From assembly GCA_963827235.1 (NCBI GenBank), contig CAWHAE010000020.1:212464-276463 (forward strand): a stretch of 64,000 bases of DNA, given 5' to 3'. The position numbers and the translations under genes were made by a program. This DNA is from an uncultured bacterium. Lineage in GTDB: Bacteria; Chloroflexota; UBA5177; JANWHV01. Every line of letters begins with the position of its first letter. The stretch's first letter is position 1. The notes beneath the pieces were generated by a model. That model did not search any database and was not told the DNA's origin. It saw only the letters and a list, made by a program, of their open reading frames with translations. Shown in pieces: positions 47,025 through 60,531 of this stretch.

Positions 47025-48419
47025 CTACTTGCCGGGTTCCTCGGTGTCGCCAGGCGGGGTTCCCACGAAGTTCAGGTAGCGCACGCTGACGTTGCCGTAG
47101 CCTGCATCGACCATCGCCTGGTGGATCTGGCGAGCAAGCTTGGACTCAACCCACCAGCGATGGTGTTCGTTCTGCACCGCAACGAACAGCTCCGGGCCCT
47201 GATCGCCCAGGCTCGTCGTGGGTGCGATCCGTTCGAGGAAGATCTGATACGGCAACCGCTCGGACAGGAGCTGCTTGACCGCCGCCCATACAGGACTGTT
47301 GTCGCGAGTCATGGTGACGGGAACTGATCGCGCCGGAGGGGGCCCACTGCTTCTGGGCGATTGGCCGGCTACCAGTATCGGCGTCGGCGACCCAGGCGGC
47401 AAGGTCGACCGGAATGCCTGGGCTGGCCACCCGGGCTGTGCCGGCTTTTCGATGGACGCCGGAGCGACAGGCAACGGCAGAATCGGCTCGGGCACTACCG
47501 GCGACACCTTGGCAGAGACCGGGCTGTCCGGCGCAGTCACCGGCACGACACTGGGCACCTCGTTGATCGTGGGCACGAGCCAGACCGGGCGCGGCGGCTC
47601 GGCGGACTCCTCCGCGCGCGCCGAGCGTGCCGCGGCGGCGGGGGACGGCAGACTGGTAAACGGGGCCGCCTCGCCGATCACTTTCACGCCGAAACGTGAG
47701 GCCAGCTTGCCATGATCGGGATCTTGACGATGCTGCACCATGATCGCACCTCTCGTGGTCAGCGCGGCTACCGCAAGCCTTGTGTGCCGCAAGCTGAGGC
47801 CGGTGTTTTCCACCAGGCGCGCCATCGGCATTACCTCGTCGGCAGCGCCCACGCAGAACGTGTGCCTCAATATGTACAGCAGCACTTTCAGCTCTGCTCC
47901 CGAGAGCTCGGCAAGCAGTCGATCGAAGAGGAGCAGTGGAAGGCGAACTCGCCGGCCCGCAGAGTAGCCCGGAAACCTCGCGGACGCATGCTCGCCTGGA
48001 TCGCGCAAGCCGGGAACGATCAGTGGCAGCGTGAAGAGCGACGGCAGCCCGCTGCCGTCCGGGGCAATACGCCGGTTGACGCGCAGGAAGCCCGCCGACT
48101 CCAGCGCCGAACATGCCGCCTGCACTGTTCTCGGCGAGAGTCCCGACCCGCGCGCGGGCAGGATATCCGGCGCGCCTCCCTCGCACAGCACGCGGACGCT
48201 CAACGGCACCGCCTCGCGCTGGCCGCCGTTTGTGGCGCGCGTGACCATGAGCATGACCTTGAGCTCGCCTTCGGTGAAGCCGGCAAGCTGGTCGTCGATG
48301 ATCTCCTGCTGCACCGCCAGGCAGGCGGATCGATCAAATCCCTCGAAGGGCGCAACCGCCAGCGTGCGAGTTGAGCGCGCCGGTGTGCCGGCTGTATGCT
48401 GAAGCCGATTCACTTTCAT
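47025..48419 (-). CDS. Tandem Rep-like winged-helix protein with a C-terminal DnaA N-terminal-domain-like region
   Basis: Two repeats of L.(G/E)(A/G)ELKV(L/M)..R.T...GLS; Pro-rich linker; VWAAVKQLL..LP...F...I..T..V.N.H.RWWVE tail. Confidence 0.75.
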   Translation of the reverse strand: MKVNRLQHTAGTPARSTRTLAVAPFEGFDRSACLAVQQEIIDDQLAGFTEGELKVMLMVTRATNGGQREAVPLSVRVLCEGGAPDILPARGSGLSPRTVQAACSALESAGFLRVNRRIAPDGSGLPSLFTLPLIVPGLRDPGEHASARFPGYSAGRRVRLPLLLFDRLLAELSGAELKVLLYILRHTFCVGAADEVMPMARLVENTGLSLRHTRLAVAALTTRGAIMVQHRQDPDHGKLASRFGVKVIGEAAPFTSLPSPAAAARSARAEESAEPPRPVWLVPTINEVPSVVPVTAPDSPVSAKVSPVVPEPILPLPVAPASIEKPAQPGWPAQAFRSTLPPGSPTPILVAGQSPRSSGPPPARSVPVTMTRDNSPVWAAVKQLLSERLPYQIFLERIAPTTSLGDQGPELFVAVQNEHHRWWVESKLARQIHQAMVDAGYGNVSVRYLNFVGTPPGDTEEPGK

Positions 48420-48531
48420 CGTCTCACCACGTCTCATCTGGCTCAAGTCACGGTCCCCCGGCAGAACCGCGGTACCCCCAAGCCGAGCCAGGTCGCCATT
48501 CCCCCGGCTCGTCGCGATCTGCACATTGCTG

Positions 48532-48560
48532 AGCGTACGGTACGTAACTGCGCGGGTCAA
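48532..48560 (-). promoter_or_regulatory. Promoter of the Rep-like gene
   Basis: TTGACC-17 bp-TACGCT; the ORF track's TTG start coincides with this -35 box. Confidence 0.55.
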
Positions 48561-48587
48561 TGTGCTCCGTGGAGAATCCTAACACTA

Positions 48588-51236
<2,649 letters not shown>

Positions 51237-51432
51237 CCCATCCTCCATCAGTGTCACATCCTGTCGCGCAATTCTCGTGTTCGCGCGTTCAGTCGGTCCG
51301 GTCATGTGCCAGCGGCGCCCGCCCGGCGTCTGCCGTCCGCGCGCCAGCCAAACGCGGACCGCGATCGTGATCGGGGCGCACGGCGGCAATGCTTCTGGCC
51401 TCTTGCCATTCCTGCCAGGATCCGGATCCGCG

Positions 51433-52392
51433 TCAGGGCACAGGGTCCGTCGAGGTGGGGGTACCGAGCCGCGGGCGCGCATCGCGTCGCACGGGGTCCT
51501 GGCCCACCCTGTCCTTCGCCGCGGTGGCGCCGAAATACGCCGCGTTGGTCGGCTCATCGTCAAGTACAGGCTCGGCAGCGCGCTGCTCGAGATCGCGCTG
51601 CGCATCGCGGAGCGGATCGTCGTCAGCCTCGTCCACGTCGTGGCGCAGCCAGGTGAGCGGCGCGCGCACCGTCTGGATTCTGATACCCATCGACTGAATT
51701 CTGAGGATGATCGCCTGCGTGGCTCGTGCCACATCACGAGCGACTTGCTGTGAGATCTGGCTTCTCGGTCCCGCGGCAATGTCGCGCAAGGTAAGGATCG
51801 GCTCGGCCGTCTCATAGACGTCGGGTGGCAGAAGGCCACGGTAGATGAGCTCCTGGACCTGGAAGATCAAGGGTAGGTCGGTGCCACTCGAGGTGCCTGC
51901 CATGCGCTCGGCCTCGGTGTAATGTCTGTACACGGCGCGAAGGGCGTCCTCTACCTCTTCGGCAGCCAGTATGACCAGGCGACGCGCATCAGTCGTGGCG
52001 GCAAGCAGTCTATTCACCATATCGTCTGTGGCCGAGCAGGGATCGAGATGACTTTGCAAGCGCCCAGCGCGCCGCAATGCGTCCTCTGCCAGGCGCTCCT
52101 GCCGGCGACGGTCTCCGCCGCTGCCCGATAACCTGGCAGCCTCCAGTCCGCCCGAGCCGACTGCCAGGAGATAGATGCCCAGAAGCAGCAAGAGGGTGCC
52201 CATGTCGAATGCCGAGGGTGCCATCCAGTGCAGGACGAGTAGGACGAGGAGCGTGCCGAACAGCACCGGTCGCATCAGCATGTAGCGCCGCATGGTCGTC
52301 AGGAGGTCGGCACCGGCTTCGGCGTGCTGTCGATGAACCACCGGACCGGCCGTTGCGGGATCGCGCCTTGCCGGGTGGTCCGGTTGTTGCAC
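51433..52392 (-). CDS. Hypothetical membrane protein (2 TM + helical domain)
   Basis: AAGGAGG RBS before GTG 52392; two hydrophobic segments. Confidence 0.7.
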   Translation of the reverse strand: MQQPDHPARRDPATAGPVVHRQHAEAGADLLTTMRRYMLMRPVLFGTLLVLLVLHWMAPSAFDMGTLLLLLGIYLLAVGSGGLEAARLSGSGGDRRRQERLAEDALRRAGRLQSHLDPCSATDDMVNRLLAATTDARRLVILAAEEVEDALRAVYRHYTEAERMAGTSSGTDLPLIFQVQELIYRGLLPPDVYETAEPILTLRDIAAGPRSQISQQVARDVARATQAIILRIQSMGIRIQTVRAPLTWLRHDVDEADDDPLRDAQRDLEQRAAEPVLDDEPTNAAYFGATAAKDRVGQDPVRRDARPRLGTPTSTDPVP

Positions 52393-52664
52393 GATACGAC
52401 CTCCTTCAAGCGTCCTGAACGTGAGAGCCGCCAGCCACCGCCTCGGCCGCGCGGCAGGACGCACGGCTACCCCGACCACGGCAGCGTAGCACCGCGAGGG
52501 ATAACGGTACAAGGGTACACCCGCCATCCGAACTGGCTTGAGCATACAACACTCGGCCGGTCGGCGTACAATCCCGGGACAACGCAGCGTAATACGCCGC
52601 AACCGGCGTTCCGCCGCCTAATGCAGGCATTCCACGACTAACGAGGCGCCATGGCGTGATGTCC

Positions 52665-54590
52665 TTAGCCGGCTGATTGTCCGGCTCCGGCGTGCCCGGA
52701 CAGCAATTCGGTGGCCAGAGTATTGTTGCGATCGAACGCCAGCAGACAGTGCAGCAGCTCTTGCGATCGTTGGGCGTCGCCCTGCGCACGAGCGATGTCC
52801 GCTTTCGTGCGCAGATAAGCGACTATTTCCTCGAGCGTCATCTGACTGCGCGAATCCAGAGGAGCCATGTATTCGATGGCTTCGTCCTGTCGTCCTCGGC
52901 TCAGCTCGAGAGATGCCAGGTTGCAGCGCGCTACAGCGTACGTGTCGTCGAGCTCCAGTGACCTCTTCACGTGCTCCACGCCTTCGTCGACTCTGCCCGA
53001 GAGCATTAGCGCTGTGCCCAGGTTGTGCTCGGCCTCGGTAGTGGCCGGCTCTATCTCCAGAACTCGACGATACAGATCAATCGCTCTGTTCAGGGCGTTT
53101 TCACGCTGCGCTGCACTCGCGTCGCGCAGGAGCGAGTCCACCTCACTTGAACGCATGGATGGTCGCGGCATGGTAAGGCTGATTGCCGGTACGACGATAT
53201 TCAGCCGCTTGCCCGCAAGCCAGATCGAAGCGGGTTCCGCCGCGTCGACCAGACTGGCTCCGCGCAACGCAATGTGCGCGAACAGGCGGTCATGGTCGGA
53301 GGGCAGCCGGCCGGCCGCGTAGACGCCTATGGCGGCGACACTCGCCTCATCTGGAATCTGCAGCAGCAGTTGCACGAGGAAGCGCGGATCCACGGTCTGC
53401 ATTATGAATGCTTCGCAGAGACCGGCCGCGAGCTTCGGGTACAGCGCGGCGGCATCGGCGACGCCGGACGGCACAACCGCCGTGCGGGCCGCGGCGAGAA
53501 GCCGATCGAGTGCCAGGCCGGGAACGAGATCTATCGACATGAAATACGGGTAACGTGCGCCCGGCGTTGGAGGCTTCTCATTGCGAGCCATGATCTCGCT
53601 GAAGGCTCGCGCCTGCGGATTCTGATCACGTACGAGTCCGCGCCACGCGGCCCGTGCATCCTCGCGCTTGCCGAGGTTCGCTGCGGACACGCCGAGCATG
53701 AGCAGCTGCATCGGCAGTTCCTCGCCGGCCGGCACTCCGCTAAGCGTGTCGTAGACACTCTGATCCTCGTCGAGCGCCGCGTAGCCCTTGGCGACTTCCG
53801 TCTTCTGGGCCGTTGAGCCGGCAGCCACGGCGACTAATCGCTGCAGCGTAGCCCTGGCGGCTTCGTCCTGGCCGCTGAAGGCCTGGGCCCGGACTTCGGC
53901 GGCGAGCAGCTCGTGATTCTCTTCTTGCAGGGTTTCAATGCCCTGCTCGCACGCGGCGATAGCCGCCGGCACATCCTCGACGGTCCACTGGAGCAGCGCC
54001 AGGTTGTACCAGGTGGCCGGGAGTTGCGGTGCTGCTTCGGTGGCCTCGATAGCCAATCCACGCGCGCGCTCGAAGTCCGATTCCAGTCGCGCTCGACCCG
54101 ATCGCTCGACCAGTAGCATGGCCTGCTCGGCGACGTCGACCGGCACGGAACGAGCGCCGATAAGCTGCGAAATCTGCTGCTGCCCGGCATCGATGATCGC
54201 CCTGAAGATCTGTTGGTTCTCCGGTGACGGTGCAAGAACCACGCCCTGGCGCGCGGCCATCACGGCGTGGAACAAGAGTTGGCCTGCCAGGGCGCAACTG
54301 GCGAGACCGGCGTAGAGCGTCGCGTCGCCGCCACGCCCGAGCCGAATGGCCAGCTCATAGTGCCCCAGAGCCTCGAGGTAGCGGTCGGTTCGCGCCAGTA
54401 GCAGCGCCATGACGGCGTGCGCATTCGCATCGAGCGGATCCTGTTCGACCAGTACGGATGCGGCGCGAAACGCTTCCGCATACTGACGGTTGGTGATCAG
54501 CTCGCCGATGATGCCGGCGAGGCCGGAGTTGTCGCCTGGGTGGCGCTCGATCGGCGCAACTGCCCTCTTGGCGCGGCTCTTCTTACCCAC
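52665..54590 (-). CDS. Tetratricopeptide repeat protein
   Basis: Multiple TPR motifs (AHAVMALLL, TWYNLA, AEHNLGTAL, ARCNLA). Confidence 0.85.
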   Translation of the reverse strand: MGKKSRAKRAVAPIERHPGDNSGLAGIIGELITNRQYAEAFRAASVLVEQDPLDANAHAVMALLLARTDRYLEALGHYELAIRLGRGGDATLYAGLASCALAGQLLFHAVMAARQGVVLAPSPENQQIFRAIIDAGQQQISQLIGARSVPVDVAEQAMLLVERSGRARLESDFERARGLAIEATEAAPQLPATWYNLALLQWTVEDVPAAIAACEQGIETLQEENHELLAAEVRAQAFSGQDEAARATLQRLVAVAAGSTAQKTEVAKGYAALDEDQSVYDTLSGVPAGEELPMQLLMLGVSAANLGKREDARAAWRGLVRDQNPQARAFSEIMARNEKPPTPGARYPYFMSIDLVPGLALDRLLAAARTAVVPSGVADAAALYPKLAAGLCEAFIMQTVDPRFLVQLLLQIPDEASVAAIGVYAAGRLPSDHDRLFAHIALRGASLVDAAEPASIWLAGKRLNIVVPAISLTMPRPSMRSSEVDSLLRDASAAQRENALNRAIDLYRRVLEIEPATTEAEHNLGTALMLSGRVDEGVEHVKRSLELDDTYAVARCNLASLELSRGRQDEAIEYMAPLDSRSQMTLEEIVAYLRTKADIARAQGDAQRSQELLHCLLAFDRNNTLATELLSGHAGAGQSAG

Positions 54591-55227
54591 GAGTGCCAGG
54601 TTCCTTTCCTGTGAATATGCGTGCCGCGGGCAAGGTCCCACGGGACCTCATGGCCACCTCCCCAACCACCCAGAACCAGCGGCGCGCCCGCTTCTCTGCG
54701 CGCCACCGACTTGAAAGGGCTTCGGAATTCAGTGCGCGGGCAGCCGGCTACAATCGCATTCGGCATCATATCATACCTGGCGCAGGGGACGGCACGCACG
54801 CGACAGCCCTGCCGGCGGGCGCCAGAGTCTGGCGGGTAGATCGTGGGCACCGGTGGGAATCCCGCCCACACCGTCGCGCTCACCCGTGCCCGGGTGGACC
54901 TGCATCCTTGAATCCGCGGTTCTGCCTAGGACCGTCGCCTTCGCGGCCGCGGCTGGACGTTCCCGGCATGGCTCCAGTTGCCGTGAAATGACGAGCCGGT
55001 GCGCAGACTTGGCGTTCGTCGCGCTGCGTCACGGTGTTCCGGCGAAGCCCCACCCACGCACGTCGCCGCCGCCTAGCCTTTCTTGCTGTACACTCCCGTA
55101 AGGTGCGTACTGAAGCGAAATCGGGCGCGCCGCAGGTATTAGGAGGCGGTAGGCAGACCGCCATACCGGATGGAGCTTCGCCCAGCGTGTCACATTCGCG
55201 GCTGCACGAGCGGAGGGAGGACGACCG

Positions 55228-56956
55228 GTGTGGCCTCACGACAAGTTGGAGACGGAACGCCCAGCTATGGACGGCAGTAAATTGAGCGCGACGCCACCGA
55301 ACACATCACTGCGCGTCATCCCGCTGGGAGGCGTGGGAGAGGTAGGCAAGAACTGCACCCTGCTGCAGTATGGTCGCGAGCTCGTGCTTATCGACGCCGG
55401 CGTCAAGTTCCCCGAGAGCGAGATGCTTGGCATCGACCTGATCATCCCGGACACTCGTTTCATCCTCGAGCACCTGGACCAGCTACAAGGCATCGTGGTG
55501 ACCCACGGCCACGAGGACCATATTGGTGCCCTGGCGCATGTCGTCACCTCGCTGAACCGCAAGGCACCGATCCCAATCTACGGCTCTCCGCTCGCTCTGG
55601 GTCTGGCAGAAGCGCGGCTGGTGGAGCGAAACGCGCGCCATCTGGTCGAGATGCGGGCTGTCGACCCGCGCCGATGGCTTCGCCTGGAGCTCGATGCAGC
55701 TGGAGTTCATCTCCGTTGGCCACAGCATCCCCGACGCCTATTGCGTGGTCGTTCATACTGCCGGTTGGGCCGGTTGTATACACGGGCGACTGGAAGTTCG
55801 CCGGCATGCCTGAGAGCAGCGTGGCCCGGCTGCGAGAGCTTGGAGACAGTGGAGTCACCGCTCTGCTCGCCGACTGCGTGCGCATCGAATCGCCCGGGCG
55901 TACCGGCCCGGAGAGCGTTGTGACCGGCGCGATTGCCGAGATTCTGAAGACCGCGCCCGGGCGCGTCATCGTGACCACCTTTGCCTCGAACGTCGATCGT
56001 GTGGCCAATGTGATCGTATCGGCCCACCGCCTGGGTCGTGCCGCCGTCTTGGTTGGCCGGTCGATGGAGAGGAATCTCAGCGTCGCCGACGAGCTCGGGT
56101 ACATCGATCTGCCCGAAGGCAGCATCATCCGCACCGAGGACATGCGCAATTGGCGGCCGGAGCAGCTCGTGGTGATCACGACCGGCAGCCAGGGTGAGCC
56201 CGCTGCTGCGCTCTCTCGCATTGCGGCGGGAGAGCATCGGCAGATCAAGATCATGCCTGCCGACACGGTAGTCATGGCGGCCACGCCGGTTCCCGGAAAT
56301 GAGGCGTCGGTCTCGCGCACCATCGACAATCTGTTCCGGCTCGGGCGCCAACGTGCTCTATCCCGGCGTGACGCCGAACATCCACGTCTCGGGTCACGCG
56401 GCGCGCGAGGAACATCGCGAGCTGCTGCAGATCGTGCGGCCCCGCTACGTGGCTCCCTTCCACGGCGAGTACAGGATGATGGTGCAGTACAAGCGCTTGG
56501 CTGATGGAGCAGGGTATTCCCGAGGAGAACGTGCTCATGCCCAGCATCGGCGACATCATCGACATCGGCGTGCAGCGGTCGCGCATACACGGCTCCGTTC
56601 CGCACGGCTCGGTGCTGGTGGACGGCCTTACCGTGGGCAAGGTGAACAGCGTGGTGCTGCGCGATCGGCGTGCGTTCGCTGCGGAGGGCATTCTGATCGC
56701 CTCCGTGGTCGTCGATCGCACCACAGGCCGGCCGATCTCCACACCGGAGATCATCGCTCGTGGGCTGCCCTGCGGAGACCGAGGAGCTTCTCGGTCGGCG
56801 CGCAGGAGCGCGTCATGCGCGTGCTCCAGCGGCTGCGGCGGAACGAAGTGGAGTACCGGCTCCTCGGCGACATGATCAGGGAGAGCATCGGCACTTACGT
56901 GCACCAGCAGATTGGACTGCGGCCCATGGTGTTACCGTTGATCACCGAGAGTCTAG
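55228..56956 (+). CDS. rnj: Ribonuclease J, split by about 5 apparent frameshifts
   Basis: LGGVGEVGKN, THGHEDHIG, HSIPD, TGDWK, TGSQGEP, HVSGH, HGEYR and RPMVLP motifs spread over successive frames. Confidence 0.88.
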
Positions 56957-57148
56957 AGAGAGCTGCACGACTGTCGGGCGCGTGCTCTGTCCTCGAAGTG
57001 CCGACAGCGCACCCCCTTGGCTGCGTACCCAAACCACTCCGATGTATCGAGACACAGCCAAGGGGGCGAAAGCAGTCAGCCCCAGGATCGCCTCCGGGCA
57101 AGAGACGACGCCGTCGCATACGCCGCGCGAGCGTACACGCAGGTTAGG

Positions 57149-57460
57149 TTAGCGAAGGCTGCCGCTGTAGCTGCGCTGCTTCGAGAAGCAGTCGCTGCAA
57201 TACACGGGCTTGTCGTTCCGCGGAACAAACGGCACCTGGGCGGGCTGGCCGCACGCCGAGCACGTCACCGTCGTCATCTCGCGCACACCACCGGAGCGAC
57301 CACCGCCCATCGATCCCGAAGCGCGACGCGCGGACCGGCAACTGGAGCAGCGCCCCGGCTCATTCTGGAGGCCCTTCGACGCGAAGAACTCCTGTTCTCC
57401 CGCGCTAAAAATGAACTCACTACCGCAGTCACGACAGACGAGGGTTTTGTCCTGGTACAT
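57149..57460 (-). CDS. Zinc-ribbon / CxxC-x17-CxxC domain protein
   Basis: MYQDKTLVCRDCG..EQEFF..KG..N.P.RC..CR, then C..CG..VPF.P...KPVYCSDCF. Confidence 0.92.
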   Translation of the reverse strand: MYQDKTLVCRDCGSEFIFSAGEQEFFASKGLQNEPGRCSSCRSARRASGSMGGGRSGGVREMTTVTCSACGQPAQVPFVPRNDKPVYCSDCFSKQRSYSGSLR

Positions 57461-57635
57461 GGATGTCTCTGAATTCCTTGAACTTTGAGAAACCAGCGGT
57501 AAGGCATGCATGGCGAGCAAGCCGCCCGGAGGGCCTTAGGCCGCGGAACGCGGAATTCATCGAGGCGCGCGAACTCGACGAAAGAACAAGGCGGACCGGA
57601 GTGCATCACACGGATGTTGTCCCTAACCGGGCCGT

Positions 57636-57664
57636 AGTATACATGATTCGTCCGGGAACCGCAA
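57636..57664 (-). promoter_or_regulatory. Promoter of the zinc-ribbon gene
   Basis: TTGCGG-17 bp-TATACT. Confidence 0.55.
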
Positions 57665-57818
57665 TACCTTTGGCGCACGAAATTGAAAGGGAATGCCGTT
57701 CTGAACGCTTTATCGCGTCCTGCGGCGGCTTCCCCAACACCGTGACGATTCGGATGGCCGCGGAGACCGCGTCGCAGAAGAAACATCCTGCCGGTTCTTG
57801 AGTACGACCTCTCAAAGC

Positions 57819-59147
57819 ATGTACAGTGAACAGCGTACCGAAGGGAGCAGGACTCTGGGCGTAACCGCTGTTGTCGGCTGTCACTGGGGCGACGAAGGAA
57901 AAGGCAAGCTCATCGATCACCTTGCCGAACACGCAGACATGGTCATTCGCTATAACGGTGGCGCGAATGCCGGTCACAGCATCCACAACGCGTTCGGCAG
58001 TTTTGCCCTCCACCTTGTGCCGTCGGGCATCTTTTATCCGCGTGCTACCTGCGTGATCGGGCCCGGCACCGTCGTCGATCCCGGCGCCCTGCTCGACGAG
58101 CTGCGCGATCTCGAGCGCAGCGGTGTCGATACCTCGGCACTGCGGATCTCCGACCGCGCGCACGTGGTGATGCCGTATCACCGCCTGCTCGACGCCCTGG
58201 AAGAAGGGGCACGGGGCGAGCGGCTGCAGGGCACCACGAAGCGCGGCATCGGACCCTGCTATACCGATAAGGTCGGGCGTATCGGCGTGCGTATCGGCGA
58301 CCTGCTGGATGAAGAGTACCTGACGGAAGACCTGGCCTTCGTGGTCGAGCAGAAGAACCGCCAGCTAACCCGCCTCTTCGATCACGATCCACTTCCGCTG
58401 TCCGATCTGCAGGAGACCTGCCGGGCATGGGGAGCGGTGCTTCATGACAAGATCGTGGACACATTTCCCCTGGTGCGCGAGGCGCTCGAGCACGATAGCA
58501 CGATCATCCTCGAAGGTCAGCTCGGTACTCTGCGCGATCTCGATTGGGGCGTCTACCCCTTCGTCACCTCGTCGACCACGCTGCCGGGTGGCGCGGCCGC
58601 CGGGGCAGGCATCCCGCCGAATGCCATCACCGAGGTGATCGGCGTCGTGAAGTCCTATACTACCGCGGTGGGCGAAGGGCCGTTTCCCACCGAGCTGAAA
58701 GACGCGACCGGCGATACGCTGCGAACTGTCGGGCGAGAGTTCGGCGCCTCAACTGGAAGACCGCGCCGCTGCGGCTGGTTCGACGCCGTTGCCGCGCGCT
58801 TCGGCGCTCAGGTGAACGGCTGCACGTCGCTGGCCCTGTCCAAGCTCGATCCGCTCGACGGCTTCGCTAGCATCTCCATCTGCACGGGCTACAGGCTCGA
58901 CGGCCAGCCGATGCGCTCGATGCCTACCACGCGTAGGCTTGCCCGGGTCGAACCGGTCTATGAGACCGTGTCCGGTTGGCAGGCTCCGACCACGGGTGCG
59001 CGGAGCTTCGACGAGCTCCCCGAGGCGGCGCAGCGCTATATCCTGCGCATCGAGGAGCTGGTCGGCGTGCCGGTGCGCTACGTCGGTATCGGGCAGGCGC
59101 GAGAGGCGTTCATCTTGCGCGACGGCTGGAGATCGGCTCAGAGGTAG
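57819..59147 (+). CDS. purA: Adenylosuccinate synthetase
   Basis: WGDEGKGK, GGANAGH, GTTKRGIGP, VGEGPFPTEL and TGRPRRCGWFD motifs. Confidence 0.97.
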   Translation: MYSEQRTEGSRTLGVTAVVGCHWGDEGKGKLIDHLAEHADMVIRYNGGANAGHSIHNAFGSFALHLVPSGIFYPRATCVIGPGTVVDPGALLDELRDLERSGVDTSALRISDRAHVVMPYHRLLDALEEGARGERLQGTTKRGIGPCYTDKVGRIGVRIGDLLDEEYLTEDLAFVVEQKNRQLTRLFDHDPLPLSDLQETCRAWGAVLHDKIVDTFPLVREALEHDSTIILEGQLGTLRDLDWGVYPFVTSSTTLPGGAAAGAGIPPNAITEVIGVVKSYTTAVGEGPFPTELKDATGDTLRTVGREFGASTGRPRRCGWFDAVAARFGAQVNGCTSLALSKLDPLDGFASISICTGYRLDGQPMRSMPTTRRLARVEPVYETVSGWQAPTTGARSFDELPEAAQRYILRIEELVGVPVRYVGIGQAREAFILRDGWRSAQR

Positions 59148-60250
59148 CCGGGTCCCGATAGGTCCATGAGACCGATCTGACGCTCCCACGGCAGATCGAA
59201 CTGCGTCTCGAGGTCGATCGACCTTCCCGTGGAGGCCGATTCGTATCCTTTCAGCATCTGTTCGGTCACGTGGAGCGCCAGGGCGCCACCCTCGCGTGAC
59301 GGGCTGCCGGATCGCACCGCGTCCACGAAGTGCCCGAGAATGTCTTCTTCCGCTTCCAGCGGGCGGGGCACGATCTCGTAGCAGTCGTCGAGGCCCATGA
59401 ATTGCACGCGGTGCGCGCCGCGAACCGGTCCCAGCATGCTGTGGATCACGATTCGCTTGCCGCCTTCACGAAGGAAGACCGTTCCGTGGCGGCCGTAGAC
59501 AATGGTAGCCCGGCGGACCCGGGCTGGTGCCCAGCACGATCGAACCACCGCATGCTGGCCGGTTGCATATTCGAGTACAAGACTGACGTTGTCGTCGACC
59601 TCCGTGCGGACCCGTGCGCCGTCCGCCGTCCTTCTGCGATCAAGCAACGTGTTGGCCAGGCAGGTTAGCCGGCTCGCCGGTCCGAGCAGGCAGGCGAGGT
59701 CGCTCAAGGCGTAGACCATGGTATCCAGCATGGCTCCACCCTCGGCCTGCTTGCGATAGTACCAGTTCGAGCGCGGCGGGCCGGGGATGCTGAGATGCGC
59801 TTCCGCGGCTACGATCTTACCCACGATCTCTTCGCGCAGGTAGCGCTGCGCACACGTGTGCTCGGGATAAGCCAGGAAGGGTAAGGGGTAGAACGTAACG
59901 GCTGACCTCGCCGCCGCGGCGGCCAGGACTGTGGCGTCTTCCCAACGAGTGGCCAGGGGCTTCTCCAGCAGCACGTGCTTACCGGCCAGGATGGCGTCGA
60001 GCGCCTGACCGGCGTGCAGTGCGTGCGGCGACGTAACGATCACCGCGTCGACCTCCGGATCTTCGAGCAGCGCGCGATGGTCGTCATACCACCTGGCACA
60101 GCCGTACTTCCTGGCGGCGAACTCGGCCCCGGCAGCGTGCGCGGCACACGTGGCGACCACCCGAACGCCTCGCAGCATGCGTGCCCAGTCGAAATACCTC
60201 TCAGACCTCGCCCCGCATCCGATCATCCCGAGCCGGATGTCGCAGGTCAT
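59138..60250 (-). CDS. Gfo/Idh/MocA family oxidoreductase
   Basis: GMIGCG, GKHVLLEKP and GGAMLD motifs. Confidence 0.92.
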   Translation of the reverse strand: MTCDIRLGMIGCGARSERYFDWARMLRGVRVVATCAAHAAGAEFAARKYGCARWYDDHRALLEDPEVDAVIVTSPHALHAGQALDAILAGKHVLLEKPLATRWEDATVLAAAAARSAVTFYPLPFLAYPEHTCAQRYLREEIVGKIVAAEAHLSIPGPPRSNWYYRKQAEGGAMLDTMVYALSDLACLLGPASRLTCLANTLLDRRRTADGARVRTEVDDNVSLVLEYATGQHAVVRSCWAPARVRRATIVYGRHGTVFLREGGKRIVIHSMLGPVRGAHRVQFMGLDDCYEIVPRPLEAEEDILGHFVDAVRSGSPSREGGALALHVTEQMLKGYESASTGRSIDLETQFDLPWERQIGLMDLSGPGYL

Positions 60251-60531
60251 GCCGCCTCTATCGTGCTCGTCAGCCCATGTTGCTCGAGACGCTCGCGATA
60301 CATTTCCGCGTGCTCGAGCGGGCAGACGATCACCTGTGCTACGCCGTGGAGATGCGCCTCCAGCATCACCTCTTTGGCGCGCTTGACCGATATCGACGGC
60401 ACGCTATTGAGCAGAGCTTTCACGACGTGGACCATGTCGTTGACGTCGTCGTTGTGCAGGAGCACTCGCCAAGGTGGCAGGATCTGCCGTCTGACTTCTT
60501 GGCACTGCTCGGTACCGGTCTCTGTGGACAT
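60247..60531 (-). CDS. clpS: ATP-dependent Clp protease adaptor ClpS
   Basis: WRVLLHNDDVN, MLEAH..G and GLTSTIE motifs. Confidence 0.93.
   Translation of the reverse strand: MSTETGTEQCQEVRRQILPPWRVLLHNDDVNDMVHVVKALLNSVPSISVKRAKEVMLEAHLHGVAQVIVCPLEHAEMYRERLEQHGLTSTIEAA

Noticed and set aside
51237-51432. Possible T-box riboswitch before valS
   Set aside because: No GGTGGNACCGCG T-box motif and no terminator seen.
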